In this document: positions 16,144 to 25,630 of the stretch, piece by piece | Position numbering within the stretch: position 1 is the stretch's first letter | Layout: each line of letters opens with the position of its first letter | Virus record (IMG/VR): IMGVR_UViG_3300020576_002947 | Coordinates: 32,001 to 96,000 of that record | DNA length: 64,000 nucleotides | Strand: one strand, 5' to 3' | Source of the DNA: a virus | Lineage: Duplodnaviria > Caudoviricetes | Notes under the pieces: model-generated | Seen by the model: only the letters and a program-made list of their open reading frames with translations | Told to the model about the DNA's origin: nothing | The model's database searches: none | Made by a program: the position numbers and the translations under genes

Positions 16144-16584
16144 ATGTACACAATCTATAAGAAAGATCTATTACCTAGTGAAGATTTGTTAGAAATAATC
16201 TTCTCAATTAATCATACAACAGCAATAAAGAAACTTAGAGAGATTAGAGACAATCTAGTTTCTTTAACCAAAGATGTCATCTTAGATAGTGAGGATTGGG
16301 CTTTGCATGAAAGGCCTGAAGGAACTCCTATTGAGATCAATATTACTTATGACAACTATATTGCATATGCTTCAGGACTTCTAGCTTTATGTGAAGCACT
16401 AGAAGATCCTCTCTATAAAGCTGAATTTGAAGCTGCTGGGGATAACCTAGCTGAGAACGTCAAAATTACTCAGAAGGAAAAGGAGGTCTTTGCTAGATCT
16501 GCTGTGTCATCAGTAAAGTCAGCTGCAAAGCTACTATCAGCTAGAGTTAGTATTCTAAGATCAGGTAAAGATGTATTTAGATAA
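16144..16584 (+). CDS. Hypothetical helical protein (UvsY-like mediator possible)
   Basis: 146 aa, helical, follows helicase; family uncertain. Confidence 0.5.
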   Translation: MYTIYKKDLLPSEDLLEIIFSINHTTAIKKLREIRDNLVSLTKDVILDSEDWALHERPEGTPIEINITYDNYIAYASGLLALCEALEDPLYKAEFEAAGDNLAENVKITQKEKEVFARSAVSSVKSAAKLLSARVSILRSGKDVFR

Positions 16585-17109
16585 ATGAAAACAGTTACTA
16601 GGTTTGATCAGAGTTATTTTCTACCCTCACTCTCAAATGAGTATAGTAATTTTACTGTTTATTATCGTCAATCTGATATAGATAAACAGAAGAAGCTAGT
16701 TAAAGTAAATAATATTGCTGCCCCAGCAGCAGGTCATATGCATCCTTATCTTCATATTAAAGTTCTAGATGAAAATAAATCTTTGTACCCAGTTTATAAA
16801 CATCTTGAAATGCACACATGCCACTATGAGTTTGCTTTGAACGAAAGATTTTTATTTATTAAGAATAAAATAAAGAATCTTGGTGTTGCTGGTTTAAGTG
16901 TTAGGATCTATTGTTCTCTGATTCATATCCATAGTCGGTATAGAGATATGGACTATGCTTGTATTGACCTAGACAAAGGGATCATTACTTATTACAAGCC
17001 TGACAAAGAGACGCCAAGATCAAAGTATATATTCAGTTTATTAGACGGAGTCTTAGAAGAAGCTAAAAATATTTTTGGCTATAACTACTGTACTATAGTA
17101 TGTATGTAA
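16585..17109 (+). CDS. Hypothetical protein, paralog of next gene
   Basis: Starts MKTVTR, ends LLD...K.IFGYNYCTIVCM. Confidence 0.55.
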   Translation: MKTVTRFDQSYFLPSLSNEYSNFTVYYRQSDIDKQKKLVKVNNIAAPAAGHMHPYLHIKVLDENKSLYPVYKHLEMHTCHYEFALNERFLFIKNKIKNLGVAGLSVRIYCSLIHIHSRYRDMDYACIDLDKGIITYYKPDKETPRSKYIFSLLDGVLEEAKNIFGYNYCTIVCM

Positions 17110-17110
17110 G

Positions 17111-17692
17111 ATGAAAACCTTAACTCGAGATCTACCTAATGATATTAATACTAACTTTTTTGAAGGCTTTTCTTCTACTATTGTAATAGGCACTAACAAT
17201 TATACAACTAAACAACTAAGAAATTGGAATTATAATGGTAAAGGCTTAGTAAGTGCAGTTTATAGTTATAATACAGGTATTTATTTAAATGATGCAAATC
17301 CAATTACTACGATGGGTTATCTTAGTAAAGTTCATACAAATCCTTCTGCTTCTCATAACTTTACCGAAGGTTACGTTTTTACAAACAGGCTGGCAAAGTA
17401 CCTAAAAGAAAACAAAGATGTTTGTCAGAAATTAGGATTAAAAACTACAGACCTGCTAGTTCAATCCAGATCTGTTTATAACAAAGGCCTTAAAGATAAT
17501 TTTGTAATAGTATATAAAAATAATTCAGCAAGACAATCATTATTAGTTTTTGAATCAAATAAGAGAACAGTAAGACTAATAGTTACTGACGAGTTACATA
17601 AAAAGTATAAGGATGAGTTAGAAAAAATACTTGACCAAATAATAGGATTAACTAAATACCTTTATTCTTACTCAGCGATAGTTGCAATATGA
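17111..17692 (+). CDS. Hypothetical protein, paralog of previous gene
   Basis: Starts MKTLTR, ends ILD...K.LYSYSAIVAI. Confidence 0.55.
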   Translation: MKTLTRDLPNDINTNFFEGFSSTIVIGTNNYTTKQLRNWNYNGKGLVSAVYSYNTGIYLNDANPITTMGYLSKVHTNPSASHNFTEGYVFTNRLAKYLKENKDVCQKLGLKTTDLLVQSRSVYNKGLKDNFVIVYKNNSARQSLLVFESNKRTVRLIVTDELHKKYKDELEKILDQIIGLTKYLYSYSAIVAI

Positions 17693-18165
17693 AAGAAGAG
17701 TTCTGGAAGGTTTCTGAGAGAAAGGTTAGAGAGGCACTACGGCCTTACTTCAAAACAATGGCTACCCCAGGTAGTGGAAACAAAGGTCTTAAGAGCGATG
17801 TTCTTCTATGTGACAGTGACATAGCTGTTGAAGTAAAGTCTACTATTAATACAGATCATTTTACTATTGAAAGTAAATGGTTTGTAAAGCTTCTAGGTTA
17901 CTACTATGGAAAGAAGACACCTATGTTTGCCTTTACCTGGTGGCCTGATGGTATGGTTTTTTATTGTTTAGAAGATTATACCTTTATTACAAGTAGAGAA
18001 GAACAGTGGAAGACATTAAAGGTTAAAGGCGATCCTTTAAGTACTGATGATTTTCCTGATACTATTATTATAGACTTACTTCAAAACAAGCTATTTGCCC
18101 ATAAAATGAGATTTGTTTTTAAGAAAGTTACAAACGCAGCAGAAACTAAAAATTATGAGCCTTAA
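17689..18165 (+). CDS. PD-(D/E)xK nuclease, Hjc-like Holliday junction resolvase
   Basis: ER.V, TPGSG, SDV, AVEVKST, I...W. Confidence 0.8.
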   Translation: MKEEFWKVSERKVREALRPYFKTMATPGSGNKGLKSDVLLCDSDIAVEVKSTINTDHFTIESKWFVKLLGYYYGKKTPMFAFTWWPDGMVFYCLEDYTFITSREEQWKTLKVKGDPLSTDDFPDTIIIDLLQNKLFAHKMRFVFKKVTNAAETKNYEP

Positions 18166-19165
18166 AAGTATAACTCTGGAAGATCTTGGTGAGCACATAG
18201 GAACTAAAGGTCAGTCTGAACTCTATGAGTGTCCTAATTGTGGTCATAAGGTTCATGTAAACTTAGAACTAGGTCTTTTAAACTGCTTCTTTTGTGGTTT
18301 TGGTAAGGGTCTTATTCTTAAAGGGTACTCGAATACTAATCTCGTTAAGAGAGAGTACAACAAATTTCTTCCTGAGTTTACTAATAAGCTTCTACCGCAC
18401 CTTAGCCTTCTACCTTACGAAAGAAAGTTTGTGGAAGGAAAAGGTATTCTAGATCCTAGTCGGTTTAATATCTGTAGTATACCAACAGATATCAGAACTA
18501 TTTTAAAAGATGTTTTTGGTGATGAAATCTATAACTACAACATTCTCTCTAAGACTGGCGGACTCCCTGCAGTTTTAAAGCCAGGAAGAGTATTTATTCC
18601 TTACTATGGTTTTAAGAGTAAACCATCACTAGTCTCATTTAAAACTAGATCTACTCCGTATTTAGATGCTGTTGCTGGAGACTACGATAGTATTAGGTAC
18701 TTAGCTCCTAAGGATAGTATTCATTATAATTATCTATATAAACCTACGAAGATTCCGAAAACAGATTCTGTAATAATTACAGAAGGCGAGTTTAAAACTA
18801 TTGTTTGTAATCAATTTAACTATCCATGTTTAGGATTACCTGGTATAGGTATTGCTAAACCACTAGAAAATATAATATTAAAATTAGCTGAACAGGTTAG
18901 TTATTTGTATTTGATTCTAGACTCTGACCAAAACACTTTTAATTTTTCAGGAGCTATTAAACAGTATATTAAATTTGGAAAGGTACTGAATATAATTCCA
19001 GTTCTTCTTCCCTTAGAAGGTAGTACTAAAATGGGTCTAGATGACTACTTACTAAGTCACTCGTTACAAGACTTTGATGAGCTGCTTGAGGAGTTTAGAA
19101 TGAAGAAACAACACTACATGAAATCTTTTGAAGAGACATATGCACCCAATCCTAGAAGAGATTAG
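18155..19165 (+). CDS. DNA primase (Zn finger + TOPRIM)
   Basis: CPNC...H...CFFC, IITEGEFK, LPGI, LDSD, GLDDY. Confidence 0.88.
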   Translation: MSLKSITLEDLGEHIGTKGQSELYECPNCGHKVHVNLELGLLNCFFCGFGKGLILKGYSNTNLVKREYNKFLPEFTNKLLPHLSLLPYERKFVEGKGILDPSRFNICSIPTDIRTILKDVFGDEIYNYNILSKTGGLPAVLKPGRVFIPYYGFKSKPSLVSFKTRSTPYLDAVAGDYDSIRYLAPKDSIHYNYLYKPTKIPKTDSVIITEGEFKTIVCNQFNYPCLGLPGIGIAKPLENIILKLAEQVSYLYLILDSDQNTFNFSGAIKQYIKFGKVLNIIPVLLPLEGSTKMGLDDYLLSHSLQDFDELLEEFRMKKQHYMKSFEETYAPNPRRD

Positions 19166-20129
19166 TACATTTTTAGGCAACAAAAAATTAACACATACTT
19201 ATCTACCACCAAGAGGTAAGACAGAATCGAATAGATTTGACATCTTATTTGGTAAGGATTTAAAGCATTCATTTACTCATGACACTAGTTTAACACCAGA
19301 AGAGTTTTTTAAATCTTATTGGGAATTAAGAATTAGCGAGTGCAAAGACTGTGTTCTTTATAAGACCAGGAACCATGTGGTTTATCCTGACGGTCATTTC
19401 AATGCTCCTATTATGGTAGTCTTAGAAGGGCCTGGCTTCCTAGAGGACCTAAGTAAGACCCCGCTAGTATCTGCTTTAGAACTTAGAAATAGTCACTGTA
19501 ATTCATGTGAAAAGATTCATCAATGCTACTCTTCAAGACTTATCCAAACTGGAAAGATCTGGCCTATTGATAAGAAGAAGGCTGTGGTTTGTGAACCTAA
19601 ATATGTAGACGACGGGAACTTTTTAGGTGTACAAAAGTACATTAGATCTACTGGTACTATTGTAGACGGAATTCTACTAGATTTGTATGGTCTTAAGTAT
19701 CCTAGGTATAGCTGGAATCGAGAGATTCAGACAAGCCCTTGGTTTATAACTAACGTAGCACTTTGTAGATCCTGGAATCAACTCTCGTTTGATGACGAAA
19801 CACCACACGAGTCTTCGTTAAGAGAGTGTTTCAAATGGTTTGTTTTATCTTATTTTACAGTAAAGCCTAAGGTTACTATAGTACTAGGTCGTGTTGCTGG
19901 TAGAGCAATTCTTAGTATACCTAAACAAAAACTATCTAAAGAACTAAACCCTAATCAAATCTACGACAGTGCTTTTGGTAAGGTAATTTATAATACGCAC
20001 CCAGCACATATTATGCGTAGTTCAAGTGAGGAAGTTAAAGCCTCTCTTTACGCAAGATTAGGTGCTACATTTAGAATAGGACTTGAAGAAGCTGGACTAG
20101 AGATTAGGACAGACAGAATAATAGTATGA
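19140..20129 (+). CDS. Uracil-DNA glycosylase family 4 with Cys-rich insertion
   Basis: CKDCVL, VLEGPG..E, ITNVALCR, REC, LGRVA, THPAH. Confidence 0.85.
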   Translation: MHPILEEISTFLGNKKLTHTYLPPRGKTESNRFDILFGKDLKHSFTHDTSLTPEEFFKSYWELRISECKDCVLYKTRNHVVYPDGHFNAPIMVVLEGPGFLEDLSKTPLVSALELRNSHCNSCEKIHQCYSSRLIQTGKIWPIDKKKAVVCEPKYVDDGNFLGVQKYIRSTGTIVDGILLDLYGLKYPRYSWNREIQTSPWFITNVALCRSWNQLSFDDETPHESSLRECFKWFVLSYFTVKPKVTIVLGRVAGRAILSIPKQKLSKELNPNQIYDSAFGKVIYNTHPAHIMRSSSEEVKASLYARLGATFRIGLEEAGLEIRTDRIIV

Positions 20130-20719
20130 AATTAAAAGCAGTTCACAATTATATTTTAGCAAAGCAACTACCGATGCCTGAAGGAATCTTCCTTCCTCCA
20201 AACACTGTGCAGCAGTGGGTAGAAATTATTTCAGTAGGCCCAGGAACTTATAGTCCATACGGTAAGTTAATACCATTGCCCTTTAAAGAAGGTGATATTG
20301 TCTGTGCTATGAGGCACGGAATGGTTGGACTAAAGTCGTATGAAAAGATTCTAACTGAAGATCAAGTATTTCTTATTGTCGAGTTTGATGTTATGGCAGT
20401 TTTAACAAATAAAGAATTAGGTGAAATCTCACCTTTATATAATAACCTACTTATCGAGCCTGATACAAATGAAGTAGAAACTGAGTCTGGGTTGTTACTA
20501 CCTGAACGAAGGGCTACTCCTATTAATACAGGCACTGTTATCAAGCTAGGCACAGGATGGATTAATGCTGATGGAAGTATTATTCCCTGGCAAGTAGCTG
20601 CAGGTGATAGAGTATTCTACGATCCTTCAAGAACAATGAAGGTTGATTTGAAGACATTTGGTATTGATAAACAGTACCTTCTAGTAAGCCATTCTGATAT
20701 TATGGCTATAATTGAGTAA
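20126..20719 (+). CDS. groES: Co-chaperonin with two tandem GroES domains
   Basis: Domain 1 LKAVHNYIL..GIFLP..SVGPG..EGD.V..DVMAV; domain 2 PLYNNLLI..TESGLLLP..G.V..LGTG..GDRV..DIMAII. Confidence 0.85.
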   Translation: MKLKAVHNYILAKQLPMPEGIFLPPNTVQQWVEIISVGPGTYSPYGKLIPLPFKEGDIVCAMRHGMVGLKSYEKILTEDQVFLIVEFDVMAVLTNKELGEISPLYNNLLIEPDTNEVETESGLLLPERRATPINTGTVIKLGTGWINADGSIIPWQVAAGDRVFYDPSRTMKVDLKTFGIDKQYLLVSHSDIMAIIE

Positions 20720-20724
20720 TTATT

Positions 20725-21282
20725 ATGACAGTTATTGGATTTTCAGGAAAACTGCGTAGCGGTAAAACTACAGCAGCTAACTTCCTACAAGAGCATCTAG
20801 AGAGTTTAGGCTATAAGGTTGGAAGAATTTCTTTTGCCAAAGAGCTTAAGGATGAAGTCTGGAATGTTCTTCTTAAAGACTGGAATGTTCCACGAGAACA
20901 TTTAGACGATCCTGACCATAAAGAGATGTATCGTCCTCTCTTAGTTTGGTATGGTAATGACTTTATTCGAAGAATGGACTATGACCATTGGACAAGAATT
21001 GTTCAAGAGAAGTTTGCTTCAGTAGAATACCAAAGATACGATTTTGTTATTAATGATGATACAAGATTTTGGAACGAAGCTGAACTAATCGAACGATGGG
21101 GAACGCTGTTTCGACTAACTAGGAATAGTAACAACTATTCTAACGACCACTCTTCTGAGACTGACCTAGATATGTATAAGTTTGAACATATGCTTATCAA
21201 TGCAGGAACAATGGAAGAGTTAAAACAAACGGTGATTACTACCGTAGCTTCGATAGTTTTAGGAAAACATAATGCAAGATAA
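20725..21282 (+). CDS. Deoxynucleoside monophosphate kinase
   Basis: IGFSGKLRSGKTT, SFA..LK, R.LL..YG....R, DD.RF.NE, H.SE..LD. Confidence 0.9.
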   Translation: MTVIGFSGKLRSGKTTAANFLQEHLESLGYKVGRISFAKELKDEVWNVLLKDWNVPREHLDDPDHKEMYRPLLVWYGNDFIRRMDYDHWTRIVQEKFASVEYQRYDFVINDDTRFWNEAELIERWGTLFRLTRNSNNYSNDHSSETDLDMYKFEHMLINAGTMEELKQTVITTVASIVLGKHNAR

Positions 21283-21439
21283 CAAGACAATTAAATACTT
21301 TATCGGTTTATTCTTCGTACTTATCGCTTTTGGCGTTATAGCTGATGCAATTCATCTAATAAGAACAGAAGAGATCCGACATGATTTACTAGAAATCAAG
21401 ATTCGACTCAATATGATCGCTACAAATCGTGATAAGTAG
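21272..21439 (+). CDS. Small membrane protein (55 aa, not in ORF track)
   Basis: MQDNKTIKYFIGLFFVLIAFGVIADAIHL...; fills gap and overlaps both neighbours. Confidence 0.65.
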   Translation: MQDNKTIKYFIGLFFVLIAFGVIADAIHLIRTEEIRHDLLEIKIRLNMIATNRDK

Positions 21440-22388
21440 AATTGTAATCAGTAACTTTAAGAATATAGGTGATATTTCATTAGATTTATCACCTACTATT
21501 AATTCTTTTATTGGTAGCAATGGTTCTGGTAAATCCTCAGCTATTTGGAAATCTACCAAGTTAGTTCTAAGAAATGAAAACTGGGCTTTCACCAAAGTAA
21601 AAAGAGGTGCGTCTAAGAGCACTATTACTATTGAATCCCCAACTTTTAGTATACAACGTAGTAGAAGTAAGTCTACTAGTACTGTTATTCTGAATGGTAC
21701 AGAGTACTTAAAAAAGACTGATCTTGAAAGTAATTTTAAAGCTTTAGGTTTCTATGATTACACTATCAGTGGGAAGCCATACAACTTTCATTTTCTTAAA
21801 GCAAGTGATATATTTGAGTATCTTCCTAGATCTTCTGAAGGCTTATACTTAAAGCTGGCAGGAGTCTTTAGTTACTCAAGAATATCTCAGTCAAGAAAAG
21901 ACTGTAAGAAGCACCTAGCTAAATACAAAGGCGAATCAGAAGTTCTTGGAACCACTATAAATGAGAACAAAGACTTAAAGGTTACTAAGTTAGATAAGCT
22001 TAGTAACTTACTTTCTCGTAAGCATAGATTAATTAATTATATAGAAAAACTAAAACTAGCAAACACTTGTAAAGATAGTTTATCTAAGATACAGGATCTT
22101 ATTAACTTAAAAGACTTCTTAAAAAGTGAACTACAGCAAAGAGATGAGTATATCAAACTACAACTTATCTCAGAGTTAAAAACATCTATTAAGGAACTAA
22201 TCTATTTAAGACATAGAATTAATCTTTTAAAGCTTCAACGATCCTCTGCTAGTATTGATAATATTACGCAAAAGATTACTCAGTTGATAGATAAAAAAGA
22301 TGACTTGGTTGCAATTCAAACTACTTACTGGGAACTTGAAAAACTTATACCTAGATGTGAGACATGCGGAAGACCTTTGGATTCATAA
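21429..22388 (+). CDS. Rad50/SbcC N-terminal half (Walker A, coiled coil, Zn hook)
   Basis: I.ISNFK, GSNGSGKS, coiled coil, ends CETCGRPL. Confidence 0.85.
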   Translation: MISRIVISNFKNIGDISLDLSPTINSFIGSNGSGKSSAIWKSTKLVLRNENWAFTKVKRGASKSTITIESPTFSIQRSRSKSTSTVILNGTEYLKKTDLESNFKALGFYDYTISGKPYNFHFLKASDIFEYLPRSSEGLYLKLAGVFSYSRISQSRKDCKKHLAKYKGESEVLGTTINENKDLKVTKLDKLSNLLSRKHRLINYIEKLKLANTCKDSLSKIQDLINLKDFLKSELQQRDEYIKLQLISELKTSIKELIYLRHRINLLKLQRSSASIDNITQKITQLIDKKDDLVAIQTTYWELEKLIPRCETCGRPLDS

Positions 22389-23278
22389 CTGACCTTCATT
22401 TAACATGTAAAAGTCCTAAAGCTATAGGTTATCCAGACTTTCTAGGATGGCAACTAGAATTACTTGACAAAGTTTTAGACATCTACCAAGTTCAAGGAAT
22501 CCATGAGATTCTTCTTGGTGGCGATATCTTTCATAAGTATACCGAGTTACAGTCTGAAGATATTAACAGAGTAGCAGAATGCTTTGAGAAAAGGAATGAT
22601 ATGCTATTCTATACTATCTATGGAAACCACGACTTAAAGGGTGATTCTGTAGATCCTAAAGAACTGAAAAAGACAAGTCTAGGAGTACTGCTAAAGGTTT
22701 GTGAAAACTTATTCTGTTTAGAATCTTGCTATGCTAGTAACTATAGCGTAAAAGGTATTTCATGGAATACAGAATTGTTCCATAGATTTATGGGTAATGA
22801 TGTAACATTGCCTTACTCAGATATTTATCTTGTACATGCACCTGTCACTAAAGATGGAAAGTATTCGGTTAGTTTGAATATGTTTAACTACAATCAAAAT
22901 AACATGAGACTAGTCCTTCTTGGTGATCAGCATGGAGGTATTAGACCTACAACTCATAATGGTGTTGTATATTATAATCCAGGAGCCTTTGGCAAGCTTG
23001 CTGTTAGTGATGATTTGAACTTAATTGTTCCTATTATCAGTTTAGATCCTACAATAGAAATAGAAGAGATCGATCTTCCTGTTCAGCTATCTTTTGATAA
23101 CTATATCAAAAAGCCTAAGAAAACTAAAATAATAAAAAGCTTATCCTCAATGCTAGATACTATTGAAAACATTTCTGATGAAGAACGTGTTAAAGCAGTA
23201 GGAATTAAAGAAGGTTTTGACCCATGTTATATTCAAAAAACCCTAGACTATATGAACATAGGTTCTGGGACGAAATAA
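22364..23278 (+). CDS. Mre11/SbcD-like nuclease
   Basis: TDLH, GGDIFH, YGNHD, VH, LGDQH, NPG. Confidence 0.9.
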   Translation: MRKTFGFITDLHLTCKSPKAIGYPDFLGWQLELLDKVLDIYQVQGIHEILLGGDIFHKYTELQSEDINRVAECFEKRNDMLFYTIYGNHDLKGDSVDPKELKKTSLGVLLKVCENLFCLESCYASNYSVKGISWNTELFHRFMGNDVTLPYSDIYLVHAPVTKDGKYSVSLNMFNYNQNNMRLVLLGDQHGGIRPTTHNGVVYYNPGAFGKLAVSDDLNLIVPIISLDPTIEIEEIDLPVQLSFDNYIKKPKKTKIIKSLSSMLDTIENISDEERVKAVGIKEGFDPCYIQKTLDYMNIGSGTK

Positions 23279-23296
23279 AAGCAGAAGATTACTATA

Positions 23297-23557
23297 ATGA
23301 CACAACCGAGTTTAACAACAATTACTCAGAATATCAAGGACTTGGAAACGGAGATAATCGTAGCCGAGACACAATTACTAAACCTTTTAAAAACTTTGGA
23401 TACAGAATTGTTAAGCCCGTTGATAAATCTAGAAATTCCGATAAGCTCACTGAGCGTAACCGAATTGTTCGAGCTTATGAAGAATCTAGAGAACTTAAAA
23501 CCAAGTCAGGAGAGTCTAAATGAACTCTCAGAATTGATTGAGAATGATCAGCCTTAA
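23297..23557 (+). CDS. Short coiled-coil protein
   Basis: Leu-rich heptads; lies between Mre11 and the Rad50 C-half. Confidence 0.55.
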   Translation: MTQPSLTTITQNIKDLETEIIVAETQLLNLLKTLDTELLSPLINLEIPISSLSVTELFELMKNLENLKPSQESLNELSELIENDQP

Positions 23558-24170
23558 GAATGCCCAAGAGCAATTATCTGCAACTGATCTAGACATCAGA
23601 GTACTACGCTTAGAAATTGATAAGATAGAAAGCTTAGTTAATCAACTAAAAGCTAAGCATACTATACTATTAAAAGAGCAGGAGGATCTAACTAAAGTTT
23701 ACGAACTTCTTACAAAGAGCTTAAGTACTTTCAAACAAGACTGCGTAGCAATTAGTAAGTTTGTAACTGATGGTTATAATGAAATCTTTCCAAACGACTA
23801 TGAGTTTACGTTTAACTTTATCGAAGATGCTGATGGAAACATACAATCGATAAAAGCTATTCTAGCTAAGAACGGAACGATTAATGAAGATCTTTCCGAA
23901 GATCTCGGAGATGCTGAGTACATTATAGGTTGTTTCCTAATATTCTTAGCATGTTTCATCAAGATAGTACCTCCTCATGCAAGAGTCATTTTTTGTGATG
24001 AAATATTAAGTTCTTTAGATAGTAATGCTTGGAGTCAAGTAGGAAAGATGCTAGAGGACTACTGTAAAACATATGGTGTTCAAATAAATATGACTACTCA
24101 CTTTCCTGCAACATTTGGTAAAACTTTTAAAATGAATGACGGCTCAGTAGAGGCTGTATATGATTATTAA
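23544..24170 (+). CDS. Rad50/SbcC C-terminal half (coiled coil, Walker B, D-loop, H-loop)
   Basis: IFCDEILSSLD, QINMTTH; signature degenerate (LGDAE). Confidence 0.82.
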   Translation: MISLKNAQEQLSATDLDIRVLRLEIDKIESLVNQLKAKHTILLKEQEDLTKVYELLTKSLSTFKQDCVAISKFVTDGYNEIFPNDYEFTFNFIEDADGNIQSIKAILAKNGTINEDLSEDLGDAEYIIGCFLIFLACFIKIVPPHARVIFCDEILSSLDSNAWSQVGKMLEDYCKTYGVQINMTTHFPATFGKTFKMNDGSVEAVYDY

Positions 24171-24948
24171 GACAGATGATTTTATTACAGCTTCGGCTGC
24201 GTACGGATCGATTTCACACTCAAAGTATAATAAAACTATTTATTTTGAAAGTGATAATCCAGTTATTTCTTTGTTTAACTATGTTAAAGAAAAGCCTTTG
24301 ACATCAATGACAGTGGATCTGCATAAGATCCATAACTCTAAGTACAATCTTTTGTGCTGGTCTGATCTTATATCAGAATCTAAAAAGCACATGGAGGAGT
24401 TAAAGCCTGACTATAATGCAAACTTCTCCATACCTCAAAGAGTAGCCTCTACTCTTAAGGCTAGGACAAGAAAACTTAACACTGACTATAACTTCATTCC
24501 TATCTTTGATTTACCTGATTACAAAGGTAGTATTGAGGCTGAAGACTTTCTATTGTGCAGTAGTAAAGAGTGTTATGAACAAGCATACCCAGCTATTAGA
24601 GTGTGGGGAATGCAAGATATTAAACTGGTCTTTGTTAATGAAATCTCAGTTGAAACTATCAAACTAAGTAGCTCTCCTCAATGTAAAGGCTTTGTAGGCT
24701 TTGCAGATAATTGGATAGTTCCTTTGGCGTGTAAAGGGTACTACGTAGTACAGGATACGCCGAAAGTTAAGCCTTTCTTCTTTAGCGACCTCAACAGAGT
24801 AAATCTTAATACATCTTTTCTAGGCATAAATATTCAGTGGCCTGACAGCTACATTACTCTCAAGTATGAAACTTACAAGAACATGGTTAAATACAACTAT
24901 GATCATGTCAAGTACTTGAGAGCACTTTATGCAAAGACAGATCCCTAG
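24160..24948 (+). CDS. Hypothetical protein (weak GT9-like C-terminal pattern)
   Basis: CKGFVGFADNWIVPLACKG loosely like FIG.DSG..HLA. Confidence 0.45.
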   Translation: MIIKTDDFITASAAYGSISHSKYNKTIYFESDNPVISLFNYVKEKPLTSMTVDLHKIHNSKYNLLCWSDLISESKKHMEELKPDYNANFSIPQRVASTLKARTRKLNTDYNFIPIFDLPDYKGSIEAEDFLLCSSKECYEQAYPAIRVWGMQDIKLVFVNEISVETIKLSSSPQCKGFVGFADNWIVPLACKGYYVVQDTPKVKPFFFSDLNRVNLNTSFLGINIQWPDSYITLKYETYKNMVKYNYDHVKYLRALYAKTDP

Positions 24949-25183
24949 TAATAACAAGGCACCAAAACTAACTTTAAGGTCCTGCAATGTTTGCGGGTCT
25001 AACCTGGAGTATTGGTGCAAAGGAACATTCAACGGCTATGTGGTAAGCAGCTTCCCTAGCGTAATGAAGGTACAAGATAGAGCAGCAGAAGATGGTTATT
25101 CTTATGTAGATATAACTGATGGTTACAAATGTACAAAATGTAACTATGCATTCACAATCAGATCATTTACAACTAGGTTATGA
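24929..25183 (+). CDS. Zn-ribbon protein
   Basis: CNVC...CTKC. Confidence 0.65.
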   Translation: MQRQIPSNNKAPKLTLRSCNVCGSNLEYWCKGTFNGYVVSSFPSVMKVQDRAAEDGYSYVDITDGYKCTKCNYAFTIRSFTTRL

Positions 25184-25629
25184 TGGATCTTAACAAAATA
25201 ATTACCTTCCCAGAATCTATTAAGGTTGCTGTGGAAGTCGCAAGAACAGTACAAATCGCTCCTTACCAATGGGGCGATATTACTTTAGAGAAGCTTCTTT
25301 TGTCAAGAACGGTCTCTCTTGAAAAGAGGGGGATTACGTGGGCAGACCGTGAGTTTGCAATCATTGACTTAGCTAGAATCTATTCAGGTTATACTGACCC
25401 TAGATTCTTAACAGGGAATACTCTCTATACTTTCCATGAAAATATTTCTAAGGAATGGTTTGCATATTATAAAGCAGCCTTTCCTGATTTCAAAGAATGG
25501 AATCATCTTTTCTCAACTGAAAAAGGAGTCCTTAATAATCAATTAGTAGAAGACGTAATCGAAGCTACTAAAATTATTCAGGAAACACCTAATATTCTTA
25601 TCCTCAAGTATCAATCATTACTTACTTAA
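25180..25629 (+). CDS. Hypothetical protein
   Basis: 149-aa ORF immediately upstream of polA. Confidence 0.6.
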   Translation: MMDLNKIITFPESIKVAVEVARTVQIAPYQWGDITLEKLLLSRTVSLEKRGITWADREFAIIDLARIYSGYTDPRFLTGNTLYTFHENISKEWFAYYKAAFPDFKEWNHLFSTEKGVLNNQLVEDVIEATKIIQETPNILILKYQSLLT

Positions 25630-25630
25630 T

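Noticed and set aside
23224-23523. 99-aa ORF overlapping 23297..23557
   Set aside because: Alternative frame; the Leu-heptad ORF fits the operon spacing better, though this is not certain
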